From: Chiloscyllium plagiosum
Lineage: Eukaryota
DNA: 64,000 nt
Reading direction: 5' to 3'
Assembly (NCBI RefSeq): GCF_004010195.1
Contig: NC_057754.1
Span: 11,873,609 to 11,937,608, forward strand
The number at the start of each line of letters is the position of its first letter. Position 1 is the first letter of the stretch. Both the position numbers and the translations under genes were made by a program. A model generated the notes under the pieces. It did no database searches. It was not told the DNA's origin and saw only the letters and a program-made list of their open reading frames with translations. Shown here piece by piece: positions 26,001 to 39,660 of the stretch.

Positions 26001-27379
26001 GGGATTACTTCCTGGAAATATTGGGTTAGGCTGAATTCCCTTTGCTTCAGGCAGTGGAGAGATTCCAATAAACCTCAATAGGAGTCCTTCTCGAGTGGTA
26101 ACGATGACTCAGGAATTTTATGGTCTCACATTTTGTCGTCAGGAGAAATAACTTAAAAGGATCAATCGGCTGATACTTCTCAGGCAGGAAACATTTTTCT
26201 CCCTAGCTGTGTTAAACCATACAATAATGTCAACGGTCAACCAAACTGGACCATGTGCAATATACTTGAATATTCTCTGGAACATCTGATAATGCCGGTG
26301 CATCATTGCTGTCGTTGTACACTGTGCCTTTCATTCGCAAATACGCATCCCCGCTTTGTAATTTGATGACATGTACATGCGTCTGGGTAATTGTTTTAAA
26401 AATTGTTTGATGTCTCCATAATACGTGTATTATTATCAATGCACCTTGTCCTTAAAACTTCTTCTCTAGGTTTAGTCTCCCTGGCAAGAGAAAACATATA
26501 TCCAGTTGATAGATTTTCTGAAAATCATGAACAGTTCAATTGGATTTGTCACCTGAGGTTGTGAGTGATAATACTCCCAACCTGAGGTTGGGAGTGAAAA
26601 AAAGGCCTTCATTCCAGGAATTAGTAAAATCTTCTAAAGGAATTGTATTTTATTTTAGTTTAGGGGATCAAAATACACACAATGTATCAGATGTGGCCTC
26701 AACAATGCCCTGTACGGATGCAGTAAACCATCCCTGATTAAATCCGATTCCTTTAGCCAAAAACTGCATCATTCCGTTTGCATTCAAAATCACTCGCTGT
26801 ATCTGCAGACTGACTTCACATGAATCATGTACAAGGCACAAAAAGAAACATCTGTATCACAGAATTCTGCAATCTTCCTTCAATCAAATTATTTCCTGCT
26901 GTTTTATCCTTCCTGCCAAAGTAGCCAACTCACGTTATGCTGAAGGTTTGCTCACTAACCTTCCCTGTCCATATCACATTGCACACTCACTACTTCCATT
27001 TGATGATATATTGAATGACCATCTTGGTTTACAAGCTAATTGAGCTTCAAGCCATTCAGTCCCTTTCCACCATATCTTTGATACAGATTATTGATCATTA
27101 ATGACCCCACAGCGATCTCTGAGGCACGAAACTATTTATTTTCAGCATTGCAAACTGAAAATAAATATTTATCTCTACTCTCTATTTCTTGTTAGTGACA
27201 GTTTTCCTATCCCTGCATAACAGCTCAGTTGCTTTGAATGGCCTCCTGCTGGTCTCTGTAACGTACTCAACGAGCTGAATCACTTCATTCTATATTCCTC
27301 TATAACTCATTAGAGGGGTAGAATTGTCTCCTCTCGTCTCATTGTAACGATCCTGTGTGGCTGAATGGGGTGGTCCCCT

Positions 27380-27730
27380 ATACTGTAACAGCCTCGAGGG
27401 TGGATTGAGGGATCAACGCATGGGGTAGGGGCAGCAATATATCTCTATAACAGCATCGAGAGTGGATTAACCCACATGGGAAAGGGACAGCAGTATATCT
27501 CTGTAACAGTCTTGAGGGGTGGATTGAGGGAACAAAACATGGGTAGGAGCAGCAGTATATCTCTGTATCAGTCTTTCGAGGTGGGTTGAGGGAACAAAAC
27601 ATGGGGTAGGGGCAGCAGTATATCTATGTAACAGCCTCGAGGGGTGGATTGATGGAACAACACATTGGGTAACGGCAGCAGTACATCTCTGTAACAGACT
27701 CAAGTGTGCATTGAGGGAACAACACATGGG
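27380..27730. repeat. ~59-bp minisatellite, about 6 units
   Basis: Same unit as 17826-18126. Confidence 0.9.
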
Positions 27731-29164
27731 GAAGGTGCATCAATTGGCAATTTGGCTGCACCATTCAGAATACTCGTGGCTGATCCGATTGTGTCAGACC
27801 ATCCGTCTCCTGTCTGTTCCCAACAAACATTAACTCTTCTGTCCAGAAAAGATTAGTGCTGCTCAGCCTTCAATATCTTCAAAAACCGCGTCTTCACTGC
27901 TTCCTGAGGGTGAGGACACCACTGATAGCACAACACTAATGTGAACGGGAAATCCTTATTTCACTGCAGGACACGCTGTTTTAAAACTATGTTAACCTAA
28001 TATCAAATCGCCACCTCCTTTGAGACACAAGAATATATAAATTAGGAATAGACATAAACCATTCAGCTTTCCAAACTTATCCAACATTCCCAACGACTCT
28101 TTCCAATCAAATATATATCAAACCCAGCCTCTGCAGCGGTGTCAGGAAGAGAATAGCTGATAACATAACACCACACAAGCATTAAGAAATGGAGCAGAAT
28201 TAGGCCATTTGGCCCATCAAGACTGATACGCCTTTCAATAATTTCTTATATGTTCCTCAACCGCATTCTCCTTTCTTCTCCCTAGAATCCTTGATCCTCA
28301 TATAAATCAAAGACTTATCTACTTGTGTCTTAATGACACTAGTGTCTGTGTCTCTGTGTGTATGCATATGTGCCTGTCCATCTGATTGTGACCTAAGTAT
28401 TTGCGTGTCTATGTCTGTCTGTCTGTGTGTCAGCCTATGTGTTTCGATCTGTGTTTGTGACTATTTGTGTGTGACTGTAAATGCCTCTGTGTGCTTCTAC
28501 GTGTGTGCCTATCTCCTTTTATGTATTGTGTGTGATAGTATATTGGAGTGTTTACCAATGCTTCTGTGTCTTTCTATGCCTGCATCTCTGCAATGAGGTT
28601 TCTGTTCTTTTGGGAGTGAGAGAGCTGACGTTGGAAATGCCAATGGGTTTAAAGTGAGAATTGCCCTTCACTGAACATTGCTCGGTTTGTGGGACGTGGA
28701 TTATTCTAAATCTCCACACGAGGCATCCCGGTCCTCTCTAGCTTGTGCAAAGTCATTCTCTTCTACATGGTGGGGGGAAGGGGGTGAGGCAACGAATTTC
28801 GGGCACTCAACCTCCCAGCTTGGCCCTTTCTGTCCTTATTCCAGGAGAAACGGAGGGAGAGAGTGAGGGTGGGAGTGGGTGGCCCTGCTGTTAGTGCTGA
28901 TGTAGGTGGAGATAGTATTGGTGAGGTGTCCGCCGGGAGTCTGTGCATGCAGTATTATTAGTGTGGGGGGTATTACGTCGGTAACAGAAAAAGTTGATGG
29001 TGAGGTGCTGAATTCAATAGTGAGAGTGGTCGTCCGTGAGCCTTATTTGGAGATAGAGTATGATCCTGGTGCGGGGGTAGGTGCTATAACAGATATACAG
29101 TGAGTGTGAGGGAGAAAAGAGGATGGGGTGACTCTTATCCTGTGAGCTTGTGGGGGGGATATTG

Positions 29165-29214
29165 ATGCTTGCCCTGTATTGCTAGTCATTTCTTCAGATC
29201 ATCTCAGCGACGAG
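29165..29214 (+). pseudogene. Leader-like exon paralog with premature stop
   Basis: ATG CTT GCC CTG TAT TGC TAG (TGG>TAG at 29183-29185); donor gtgagc retained at 29215. Confidence 0.35.
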
Positions 29215-29417
29215 GTGAGCCTCCCCGAAGTCTTGTCCAAATCTATCACTAATAACGCCACAGGCCATGTCCCTCAGATTCCACAGAATCAGTTTGGGTG
29301 GATCTTACAACTAGCAAGAGAAGCAAACATTGGTGTGATACAGTTCTGAACGAAAATTGTTGTGCAAATGCTTTGCATCATATGCTCTGGAAATTGGTTA
29401 TGCAAATATATGCAAGG

Positions 29418-29750
29418 GGGAGCAATGGCCTAGTAGTATTAGCCCTCGTCTCTCAAAGCAGAGATTCAGGGAATGTTCTGGGGACTTGGGTTTGTATCCT
29501 GCCGTGGTAGATGGTGGAATTTGAATTCAGTAAGGTCATGGAATCAAGGGTTTAAAATAACCATGAATCAATTGTTGATTGTTGGAAAAACTCATCTGGT
29601 TCACTAGTATCCTTTCGGGAAAGAAACCGCTATCCTTAGCCTACATGTGACTCCAGATCCACAGCAATGCTTTTGAATCTTAACTACCCTCTGGCATGGA
29701 CAACAAATGCTGATTATCCAGCAATACCTTCATCCTGTGAATGCGTAACA
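29418..29750 (+). mobile_element. tRNA-derived SINE (SacSINE1/Deu-SINE-like)
   Basis: A-box tggcctagtagt, degenerate B-box, and gatggtggaatttgaattc body. Paralog at 60622-60950. Confidence 0.6.
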
Positions 29751-30135
29751 AATAATCGTGGGTGCTTCAGTAATAATGGATTGTCTCAAGTCGCATCTAA
29801 ACTGCATTAACGAAGTGACTGCTAATGTTGTTGAAAAATAAATTCCATAACTATACCAGGTAGGTCGAATAGTATGTTGTGAACTAAACCGGAGACCAGG
29901 TTATTTCAGATTGGTGTTGTGTGGTCAGCAGGACTAAATAATAATCTTGCTGTGAAACAGCTTTTGAGGACTATTGACATTGGTATGTTGTATTTTACAC
30001 GTTGTCTGCGTACAATATAGAATGTTTGAACATTCTGATCAAACATCATGGAAGCTTGGAGGCTAAAGGTCAAGTTCGCTTCAGTGAATTGGGAAAGTAC
30101 AATATAACATCCAGTGGGAGACAAGCAATGGTTGT

Positions 30136-31655
30136 TAGAGTCATAGAGTCCTACAACATGGACACAAGCCCTTCGGTCCAAAATGGACCATTCTGACCAA
30201 AATGTCCATACACGCTAATCCCATGTCCCAGCCATTGCCCCGTATCCTTCTAATCTTTTCCTATCCATGTGTTTGTCCAAATGCATTTTAAATGATGTTA
30301 ATGTGCCCACCTCAACAACTCTATTGGCACCACATTCCATATGCGTACCATCCTGTGTGTAAAAAGAAATATTTCGCAGGTTTCCTTGTATTCTTTCCCC
30401 TCTGAACTTAAAATGATGCCCTCTAGTTTGTGATTGCCCTACCCTGGGAAAAAAGGCTAAGTGCATTCATGCCTTCCATGATCTTAAACATTTCTATGAG
30501 ATTCCCCCTCAGTGTCATACAATATAAAGTAAAAATCCTAGCTTGTCCAACCTCTCCCGATAAATCAGATAAGTCCTTGGCAACAAACTGTTAAATTTCT
30601 TCTGCACTTTTTTCAGTTTAATAACGTCCTTCCTATAGCAAAGTGAACAAAACTGAAAATAATACTACAAGTATGGCCTCACCAGCGTCCTGTATAACTG
30701 TAACATAACTCCCCAACTTCGATATTCATTGCCCTGTTTGATGAAGGCCAGTGTGCCAAAAGCCTACTTCACTACCCTGTATACCTCTGAATCAGCTTTC
30801 AGAGAACCGTGCACCTGAATTCCAGGGTTCCTCTGTTCTACTACACCTCTTAAGGCCCAACCATTCACCATGAAATTCCGACCTTGGTTTGACTTTCCGA
30901 AATGCAAGATCTCACATTTATGTATATTAACCTCTATTTGCCAATTCTCGGCCCATATCCCTAGTTGATCAAGGTCCTGCTGCAATTTGTGATAAACTTC
31001 GTCACTTTCCATGATACCATATATTTTAGTGTCACCTGCAATCTTAATAATCATGCCTTATACATTCTAAACGAGATCATTATGTATGTAGCAAACAGTA
31101 ATGGTCCCATCACCGACCCCTGAGGCACTCCACTAGTGACAGGCCTCCAGTCCGACTAGCATCCTTCAACTATTACCCTCTGCTTCCTGCCATCAAGACA
31201 ATTTTGTAGCTAATTTGCCAGCTCCCCTCAATTGCATGCGATGTAACCTTCTAGAGCAGCAAGCCATGTGGAACTTTATTGAAGGCCATTTTGAAATCCA
31301 TATAGACTACCTAAACCACCCTGCCTTCGTCAACATTGTGAGCCATGATCTCCCATGCACAAAGCATGACTGTTCCTAATCAAATCCTATCTTTCCAAAT
31401 GCATTTATATCTTCTCTTTCAGAATCGTCTCAAGTGACATACTTACCACTAGATTTTAGGTTTACTGGTCTGGAGTTCCCAGGTTTTCCTTTGTAGCCCT
31501 TCTTGAATAAGGGCACAGCATTTTCTACCCTCCGGTCCTACGCGACCTCATCTGTGACCAGCGATGATGCAAAAGTATCAGCCAGGTCCCTCCCAATTTC
31601 TTCTCTGTCCTCCTGCAGTGTTCTTAGTTACAGCTGGTCAGGACCAGGAGATTTG
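30136..31655 (-). mobile_element. CR1 LINE, decayed RT and 3' end
   Basis: Minus-strand IAGDTKIYG, LQQDLDQLGIWAENWQ and KCEILHFG motifs, with a (tctatgac)-type tail at ~30136. Confidence 0.9.
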
Positions 31656-32113
31656 TTGAAATACTGAACAATACGTCTATATATTTAAGGTAATAACACA
31701 AAGGAGTGAGAAAGTGAGTTAATGATGGTTAACATAACAAACTAAAGATTATATTAATAATGGGAAGTGACATCAGAAGAATTTCAGACAATGTGGAAAC
31801 CTGAGAATTCTCAGAAATTTACGATCCAGGATAGGATGGCCATGCAACTGATAAAGAAATCAAAAAGAGAGCATGCATGCGAACACACAGGAAAACAAAG
31901 ACTGCACAAATCTACGATCTGCATTTCAAACGAAACAAAATAAAGCAAGGTAAAATGTGGAAATTCGTAAAGGGGAGATGAGAGTTTATTGTGGAGAACA
32001 GGGAAATAGCCAAGAAAATAACCAGTTACTTTGCATCTGTCATCATTGAGGAAGATCCAGAAAATATCTGACAATAACAAGTGATAATATAGGGCTTGTG
32101 GAACTAAAGGTAA

Positions 32114-32732
32114 ACAATTCCGAAGTTAATCAAGTGTGATTTCCCTTTCAGAAGTGAATACTGATTCTCTCCAATGTTGCTGCTAATTTCTAAACATCCA
32201 ATATCACATCTTAAATAATAGATTTCAATAGTTTCCCTACAGATGTCAAGTTAATTGGTCTGCAGTTCTCCACACTATCTCTTCTTCCCTTTGTAGACGG
32301 GAAGAATTTATAACAGTATCAGGGTAGTGCTTTAAAATGTACTGGATTGAGCATTACTAAATCTGACGAAACAAATGTAATTCATATCAAAATGTCAGAA
32401 ATAAATCAACAGTAGAAGTATTAATTGGACTGCCAATGCCTGTGTTTTATTTTTCTGTACCTTCTGCAGAGGCCGGAAGCCATTGCAGATAAATGGAAGT
32501 TAGTATACGTGATTGAAACATGGTCGATGAAGGACATAGATCCAAGCGTCTACAAAGGGAAGAAGAGATAGTGTGGAGAACTGCAGACCAATTAACTTGA
32601 CATCTGTAGGGAAACTATTGAAATCTATTATTTAAGATGTGATATTGGATGTTTAGAAATTAGCAGCAACATTGGAGAGAATCAGTATTCACTTCTGAAA
32701 GGGAAATCACACTTGATTAACTTCGGAATTGT
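32114..32732. repeat. Perfect 186-bp inverted repeat with 247-bp spacer
   Basis: 32114-32299 is the exact reverse complement of 32547-32732 by eye. Confidence 0.9.
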
Positions 32733-33414
32733 CTGAAAGATATTTGGAGGAATATATGTGAGTGGAGACATAAAGTTTGTTTTGCCACAATATAGATGGA
32801 AGAACATGTTGAAGTAGTTACAGAGCGTTTTGTTGAGACTGTACCTGGAGTATTGTGTGCAGTTTTGGTGACCCATTCGGAGATAGAATATACTGACCAC
32901 CGAGGAAGGGGAATAGACATTCTCCAGATTAATCCCTCAGATGGGGAGATTGCCTGACGAGGAAACTCGGCCTATGTTCTCTAGAGTTTCAAAGATTGAG
33001 AGGTGATAGCAGTAACATTTGGAAAATTCATAAAATGTATGACAAATTGGAAATGCACAAGATGTTTCTCTGGCTGTCTGCTCTACATTTAAGGCAAATA
33101 ATGGCAAGATAAGGGACAGGCCATTTGAGACTGCAACAAGGAGGAAATTTTGCACACAGCAGGCACTGACTAACGCAGGGGCATGGAAACCCGCTGGCAG
33201 GGCAAGATTAGGGAGAATCCCTAAATATCTACACGTATGTCAAATGGAACAGAATAACCAGGAAACAGGTAGGACCTATTAGTGACTTGTCAAGTTAAAT
33301 CCAAATCAACTTAGTGTTAGGAGGCAGAGGGTGGTGGTGCAAGGCTGTTTGTGTGACTGGAGGCAATTATCCAATGCTGTGCGACAGGGATCAGTGCTGT
33401 GTCCCTTATTATTT

Positions 33415-33612
33415 CTGATTTGGAGGTGTCGGTGTTGGACTGGGGTGGACAAAGTTAAAAAACACAAACCACGAGATTATGGTCCAACAGTTTTATTTGG
33501 AGACAGGAGGTTTCAAAGCGCACAACCACCTCATGAAGAAGCGCTTGTAAAGCTCGTGCCTCCGAATATACCTGTCGGACTGTAAGCTGGTGGGGGTGTG
33601 TGATTATAAACT
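33415..33612 (-). mobile_element. Old short fold-back Penelope-like element
   Basis: Same family as 52732-52971 (ggtgttggactggggt...aaagttaaaa). Paralog starts at ~63925. Confidence 0.7.
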
Positions 33613-34288
33613 TATTATTTGTGGTCATCATAGATGATGCAGTTGTGGATATGGAGGGCGATGGGGAGAGAGTGATAAATCAGTTTGACACAATAATTGG
33701 CTGGGTGGTTGGCAGTGAGGAGGAAGGTCTTAAGTTACTGAAAGATACAGATGGAATGGTCAGATGGGAAGATCATTGGCAGATGGAATGTAACCCTGAT
33801 AAAGATGAAGTTATGTACTTTGGAAGAAGGAATCAGACAGGTGACGACTCAATGATGGCAGGACACGAGCAAGCTCAGAGGGTGCTTCTCCACACATTCT
33901 TGAATGTGACGAAACTGATTGATGCGCTTTTTGGGAAAGCATAGGGGACTGTAAATATTGCCTTTCTTCATCGAGGCATTGATTGTAGGAGCTATCCAGA
34001 ACTTTGCTCAGGTCAAGATGGAATACTGTGTACAGTTTTGGGAACCACATTGCAGGAAGGCTGTGATTGCACTGGAGGGGTGCACTGAAGATTCACCAGG
34101 ATGTTCTCTGGGATAGAGTATATCAGCTATGGAGAGAGGCTGGATAAGCTCGGGTTGTTAACTTTGGAGCAGAGAAGGCTGAAGGGGATGTGATTGAGAA
34201 GGATAAGATTACGAGGGGCATGAACAGGGTGGATAGACAGGAGCTGTTCCTCTTAGTCAAAGGGGAAAGAAAAAGGGTGCACACTTTG

Positions 34289-34587
34289 TTCTAAACCTCC
34301 ATCCCACTGTGTTATAAACCTCCATCCCACTGTGTTCGAAACCTCTATCCCACTGTGTTCCAAACCTCCATCCCACTGTGCTCTAAACCTCCATCCCACT
34401 GTGTTCTAAACATCCATCCCACTGTGTTCCAAACCTCTATACCACTGTGCTCTAAACCTCCATCCCACTGTGTTCTAAACCTCCATCCCACTGTGTTATA
34501 AACCTCCATCCCACTGTGTTCGAAACCTCTATCCCACTATGTTCTAAACCTCCATCCCACTGTGTTCCAAACCATCATCCCACTGTG
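34289..34587. repeat. 23-bp minisatellite, about 13 units
   Basis: Unit ttctaaacctccatcccactgtg, inserted in a CR1 3' region. Confidence 0.95.
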
Positions 34588-34869
34588 GTCTAGTGAGGGT
34601 GTTGGGGTCTGGAATGCACTTCCTGAAAAGGCAGTTGTCAACGGGTAACCTCACAACCGATAAGAAGTGCATTCTCGTACACTTGAAGTTCCTTAACATA
34701 CATGAAAATGGTCCTTGTGAGGATAGTGGGACTAATGTAGACCGTGCTGCATTTCTGACAGTACAGAGTCTATGCTCCTGTGATTGTATGGCTGTGGAAG
34801 GTTAATTATTGAGAAGCTTAAGACAAGAATTGATGAGCTTTTGAAGAGTGTATTATCAAGGTTTGCAAA

Positions 34870-36900
34870 ACTGAAGTTGTAAAAGGTCCTAAAAGAGTGT
34901 CAATGGCAACATTAAGGAAAAAAAAAATGCAGCTTCCTTACAGTCTGAAACCAGGAAGTGGAGAATGGAGAACAGGAAAATGGCAGATCTATGGAGCAAA
35001 TGCTAAAGTTACGTCTTCACAGAAGAAAGCTAAACGAAAAATAAATCTTCCCAACAATAGTAGGAAACGTTAGTCTGGTGAGAAAAAGGGAATAGAATGA
35101 AATTAGCAACTAAACGTTTTTAGAGAAAGTATTGAGACTTTAGCTGAGGGGCATAGAAAAGGTCAACAGAGATATAAAAAATGGGAATCATATTTCAGAA
35201 AGTGACTTGCAAAATTATGGAGAAACAATCAATGCAATACGATTGGATTTTCAGGAAGATTATTGACAAAGCCCCAAACTTACTATACAAATTATAATCT
35301 TATTGAACTGCAGTAATATGTGGACATGGTTTTTGAATGGTAGAGCAGACAGGAAACAGTGATAAAGGATACAACAATGTTTTTTCGAGTGGAAGGCCTG
35401 GGTGATATAGCATGAATCAGGGTTTGGATCCCAGCTATTCCCAATATTCACCAAACTTTTGGCTGAGGGAATCGATTTCCAGTCTACTGATGGCACTAAG
35501 CCATGTCGCGTTGTGAGTGGGTGAGCAGAATGTAAGAAAAGCTCCAAGGTGATTGAGACAATGGAGTGAATGAGCAAATATGTGATAGATGGAGAGCAAT
35601 GGGGGTAGATGTGACATTGTGCACTATGGTAGGAAAAACAAAATGGCAGCTTACCATTTGAACAGGGCTTGGTTGAAAAAAAAAACCCATTGATATATAA
35701 AGGAACTTATGCTGCATTTTTGTTTCCTTCTGTGCAGACCTCTGAGCTCCATGCATTGCAGTGGGTTCTGAGGCCAGAGGTCAATAATGGGAATGGCATT
35801 GGCACGCTGACCAGTGTACACAGACCCACAAAGTGGGGAGCTGGAACAATGAAAATGACCTAGATCTCCCTGAAAACCAGTCACTGAAAACAACATTGCA
35901 GGAACAGAAAGCATTCAGAAGGTAAATGATGTGCTGACCTTCATTTCAAGGAGATTTGAGTCCAGGTGTAAGGGTGTCTTACTGCATCTGCCATGGTAAG
36001 ACCCCTTCTCGAACATTGTGCAGTATTGTGTGCAGTTATGGTCTCCATACCTGATAAAGGACAAACCTGACATTCAGGGAGAGCAACGAAGGATGACCAG
36101 ACTGATCTCTGGGATGACAGGCTTGTTGAGAAAACAGAGTTTGGATCTAATGGGTCTGTATTCCATGGGGTTTGGGGAAGTAATTTTCCACATTGTCATG
36201 GAGGTGCCAGAGTTGGAGCTGGAATGAAACGGCTTCCCCAGGGACACGGCTTGTTGTGCAGCACAAATTTTCAGTCCTATTGCAGGAATGGTGTCTGGGC
36301 CCATTGCCTTTGTCGTATCTACTGTGTTCAGCTGTTTCTGCATGTCACGGACAGTGAATCAAATTGGTTAACGACTGCCATCTTTGATTCTGTGGACATC
36401 ATGGTGAAGGTGTGGTTGGTTATCGACTCGACACATCTGGCTGAGGATGGTGCACATAATGCATACTTGTCTTTTACACTGATGTACAGGGCTGTTTCAT
36501 TTCTTAGGATGGGGATATTTGTGGAGTCCTCTCCTCCAGTAAGTTGTTTTAATGTCCATCGACATTTATGCCTGGATTTGGCAGGACTGCAGAGTTTAGG
36601 TCTGATCTGTTAGTTTTACTATAACTTCTACCTCTTGATCAGATGTTAGTTCTGCTGGTCAGAATGTAAATGGTCATGTACCATAGCTTTATTGGGTTGT
36701 CATCAGGTTCAGATCTACACATGGTTCAGACTTTAGCTTGTTCACCCAAAGTCGTCACTGAACCATAGATCGGCTTGATGATAATTGTAGACTGATGGAT
36801 TATCCTGGGGGAAAAGTGACTGATTATGTTTGAATCCAATTCTGTGTCTGCGGCTGCTGTGGTCTATGGTACCACATGATAACCCAATTTGAGCTGCAAG
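34870..36900. mobile_element. Decayed CR1-clade LINE fragments on both strands
   Basis: Plus-strand QYCVQLWSPYLIKD. Minus-strand KAMGPDTIPAIGLKICA (36190-36900). Confidence 0.6.
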
Positions 36901-37184
36901 TCTGCAATTCAATTCTACTGACTGTCCCCCAGTTCACTCTGAGACCCATCAACCCTGTACTCAGTGACCTAACCTGGTTTATGATGTGGGAACACTTCCA
37001 TTTTCATTGTCACGCCTCCATTTTTTACATTGCGCAAATAATTTAACATATTCATTTGAATCTTTTTTCCATTCCTGTAATGCCATCATCTGTGTTTGAA
37101 GTGAATGTGTTTCCCTCTGTTTCTCTCCCTGATCCTGGTTAAGAGCTCTGTAGTATCAGTGACGTCAGCGGTATGCATTTTCAG

Positions 37185-37319
37185 AGCCAATGAATGTGTA
37201 CACATGGTATTATCGCACACTTCCCAGTGTGTGGCGGCCTGTGTAGGACAGGGCGTTTGGGCAGCTCTGACACACATCTGTGGAACTTGTTCCAAAACAG
37301 AAATTGCTGAAGGAACTAA
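37185..37319 (+). other. Possible cysteine-rich (furin-like or TNFR-like) exon or pseudoexon
   Basis: ttttcag|A GCC AAT GAA TGT...ACT AA|gtacgt, 135 nt, phase 2-2, reading ANECVHMVLSHTSQCVAACVGQGVWAALTHICGTCSKTEIAEGT. Confidence 0.25.
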
Positions 37320-38149
37320 GTACGTCTGTCAGCATCTTCTTGAGTGAAAGCAAAATTAATCTTTCAGGACCAGTGACCCTTCTACAAAGTTTCAAATTTC
37401 TCCAGAAATATTTACATTTTTATTTCCAGTATCCACCGTTATTGGTTTAATTGAAAATATGTTCCATGCCTATTCATTTCTGGAGAAACTCAACAGGTGT
37501 GGCAGTATCTGCAGAGACAGAGAAACAGAGATTACGTTTCAAGTCCAGTGTGACACTTCTTCAGAACTGAAAAGGATTGGAAAATGGGCTTTTTCAATCC
37601 CTTTCCAGAGGTGAGGGATGGGTGACAGCGAAAATGTGGCAAGAGATAAACAGACCTTTAGCAGTGGTGACCGAGAAGATGGTATAAAATGGGTTGAAAT
37701 TAAGATGTGAATGGGGAAAGGGCTTCTATGTATTGAGTGCAAGATAAGGAAGACACAACCACACAAGGTCATAGGGAGACGAGGAGGGAGAATGTTGACC
37801 ATGTGGTGTAATATAGATCTGGCCAGCGATACATTTTCACTATAGAGATCATCACCCTGTTCAGACAAAGGAATCCAGGTGTTCCTCTTCTTGTTGGCAC
37901 TAGTAAGAATGTCATGCTACCTTCATACTGTAACATGGAGAAAAAAAAATCACAGTATGAAGTTTGGAGCTGTCTTTTTTAATATTGTTTCAAGTTTGCA
38001 GTGTTTACTTTTAAATGCTTGTTCTGGAAATTGGAATCCGCAAAGCGAGGAAAACGGAAGAAAAGATACGATGTAAGTAAAGTGGCAAGAATATAAAAAC
38101 AAGCAGCACGAACTTTTCCGAGTATAAATAAAGAAGTTCAAGGTAAGGG

Positions 38150-39660
38150 TGTGACTTTTGAAGAAATGACGTCTGGAAAGTATGTTTAGGTTATTTGGAG
38201 AGAGTGACTGGGGAACTCGGTAGCGAAACTGGAGACCCTCCAATGTGGCGCCTGTCTTCAAGAAAGGAACGAGACTAAAAGCAGGAAACATTTAGCCTAA
38301 CCATTATTGCTGGGAATCTGCGAGAGTCTGTTCTTAAGGAAGGGATTGCAGGGCATTTAGAAAAGCTTCACGCAGAGTCAGAATGGTTTTGTAAAAGGGA
38401 AACTATTTTCTGTCCTGTAAAATCATACAAAGTTTTTTTTTCTGGAGATCCCTGAGAGTGTAACAAGCGGACTTAATAAAAGGGAACTGTTAGACACGAG
38501 GCTTTCCAGAGAGTTTCCACAAGATATCATAAAATAAAGTTTCTTGCACACTCACAGGATGATGGATACTGTATTACCATGGAATGATGATTGGATAAAA
38601 CTTCGAAATCGGAGAGTCAGGATTAATGGATCTTTATGATAAAATGTATCTACTGGAATACCACAAATATCAGTCCGGTGGCATCAGTTATTTACAATCT
38701 ATACTGACAGCCTGACGGCAGGAGCTGAGAGCAATATACATCCGAGTTTGTGGATGACACTGAGAACCAAAAGGCAGGCTGATATTTATTGAAAAGGATA
38801 CCCCAAAAAAGAAAAGAATGAAGGGATTGGAGTGTTCTGTGTATGAAACATAAAGTCAGCATGCTGATGCAGCAAGTAACTAGGTTGGCACATTACGCGG
38901 GTTCCTGGGATGAAAGGTTTGAATTATTGGGAACATCTGAAAGGATGAGGCGATTATTTATTGTGGTTGATATGAAAGATGATGATGCCTGGGTGGCACG
39001 GTGGCACAGTGGTTAGCACTGCTGCCTCACAGCGCCAGAGACCTCGGTTCAGTTCCCGACTCAGGCGACTGACTGTGTGGAGTTTGCACGTTCTCCCCGT
39101 GTCTGCGTGGGTTTCCTCCGGGTGCTCCGGTTTCCTCCCACAGTCACAAAGATGTGCAGGTCAGGTGAATTGCCCGTAGTGTTAGGTAAAGGGGTAAATG
39201 TAGGGGAATGGGTGGGTTACGCTTCGGCGGGTCAGTGTGGACTTGTTGGGCCGAAGGGCCTGTTTCCACACTGTAAGTAATCTAATCTAATTTCTGAAAT
39301 GTACAAGATACAGAGGAGACTTGACAAGGTAGATGCTGAGAATGTGGTTCCATTCCTGGCCAGAGTATCTCAGTCGGAGACATTGACACAGAATAAGGGA
39401 TATCGATTTCAAAGTGAGATTAAAAAAAAGTCTTCTTTTAGAAGGTAGTGAATGTCTGGAATTTCCTAACCCAGATGTTGTGGAGGCTGTGACACTGAAT
39501 GCATTTACAGACGGGGTGGATGGGTTTTTGACATATCAGCGAGCTGAGCGACAGAAAGGGTGTCCGTTGAATAGATCATCCATGTTCTTATTGAATGACA
39601 GTGCAGGCTTGAGGGGCCGAATGGCGTACTTCTGTTCGCATTTCTTGCGTTCTCATGTTA
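38150..39660 (+). mobile_element. Decayed CR1 LINE interrupted by a SINE
   Basis: Degenerate WRPSNVAPVFKKG and FVDDT motifs, and 3' tail gagggccgaatggc...tctgttc. Confidence 0.6.
38991..39290 (+). mobile_element. HE1-type SINE (V-SINE superfamily)
   Basis: tRNA-like head tggcacagtggttagcactgctgcctcacagc, V-domain tgtggagtttgcacgttctccccgtgtctgcgtgggtttcctccggg, and (aatct)n tail. Confidence 0.9.

Larger units (their letters stand above)
19781..33600 (+). repeat. Segmental duplication, copy 2
   Basis: 19781-29406 parallels copy 1. 20874-33500 parallels 54153-64000, with copy-specific indels. Confidence 0.9.
31670..34790 (+). mobile_element. Highly decayed CR1 fragments
   Basis: VRQGSVLCPLLF and HWQMECNPDKDEVMYFG motifs, interrupted by an inverted duplication, a PLE and a minisatellite. 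Confidence 0.7.

Noticed and set aside
28333..28596. Cys/Val-rich hydrophobic ORFs (also 18759-18944)
   Set aside because: Translations of degenerate TG-rich low-complexity sequence.
34289..34587. CRISPR-like appearance of the 23-, 42- and 59-bp repeats
   Set aside because: Units are contiguous with no unique spacers, no cas genes are present, and the context is eukaryotic.
38995..39065. Additional tRNA-like sequences (also ~2300-2356, ~29420, ~50640)
   Set aside because: These are tRNA-derived SINE heads without a full cloverleaf.
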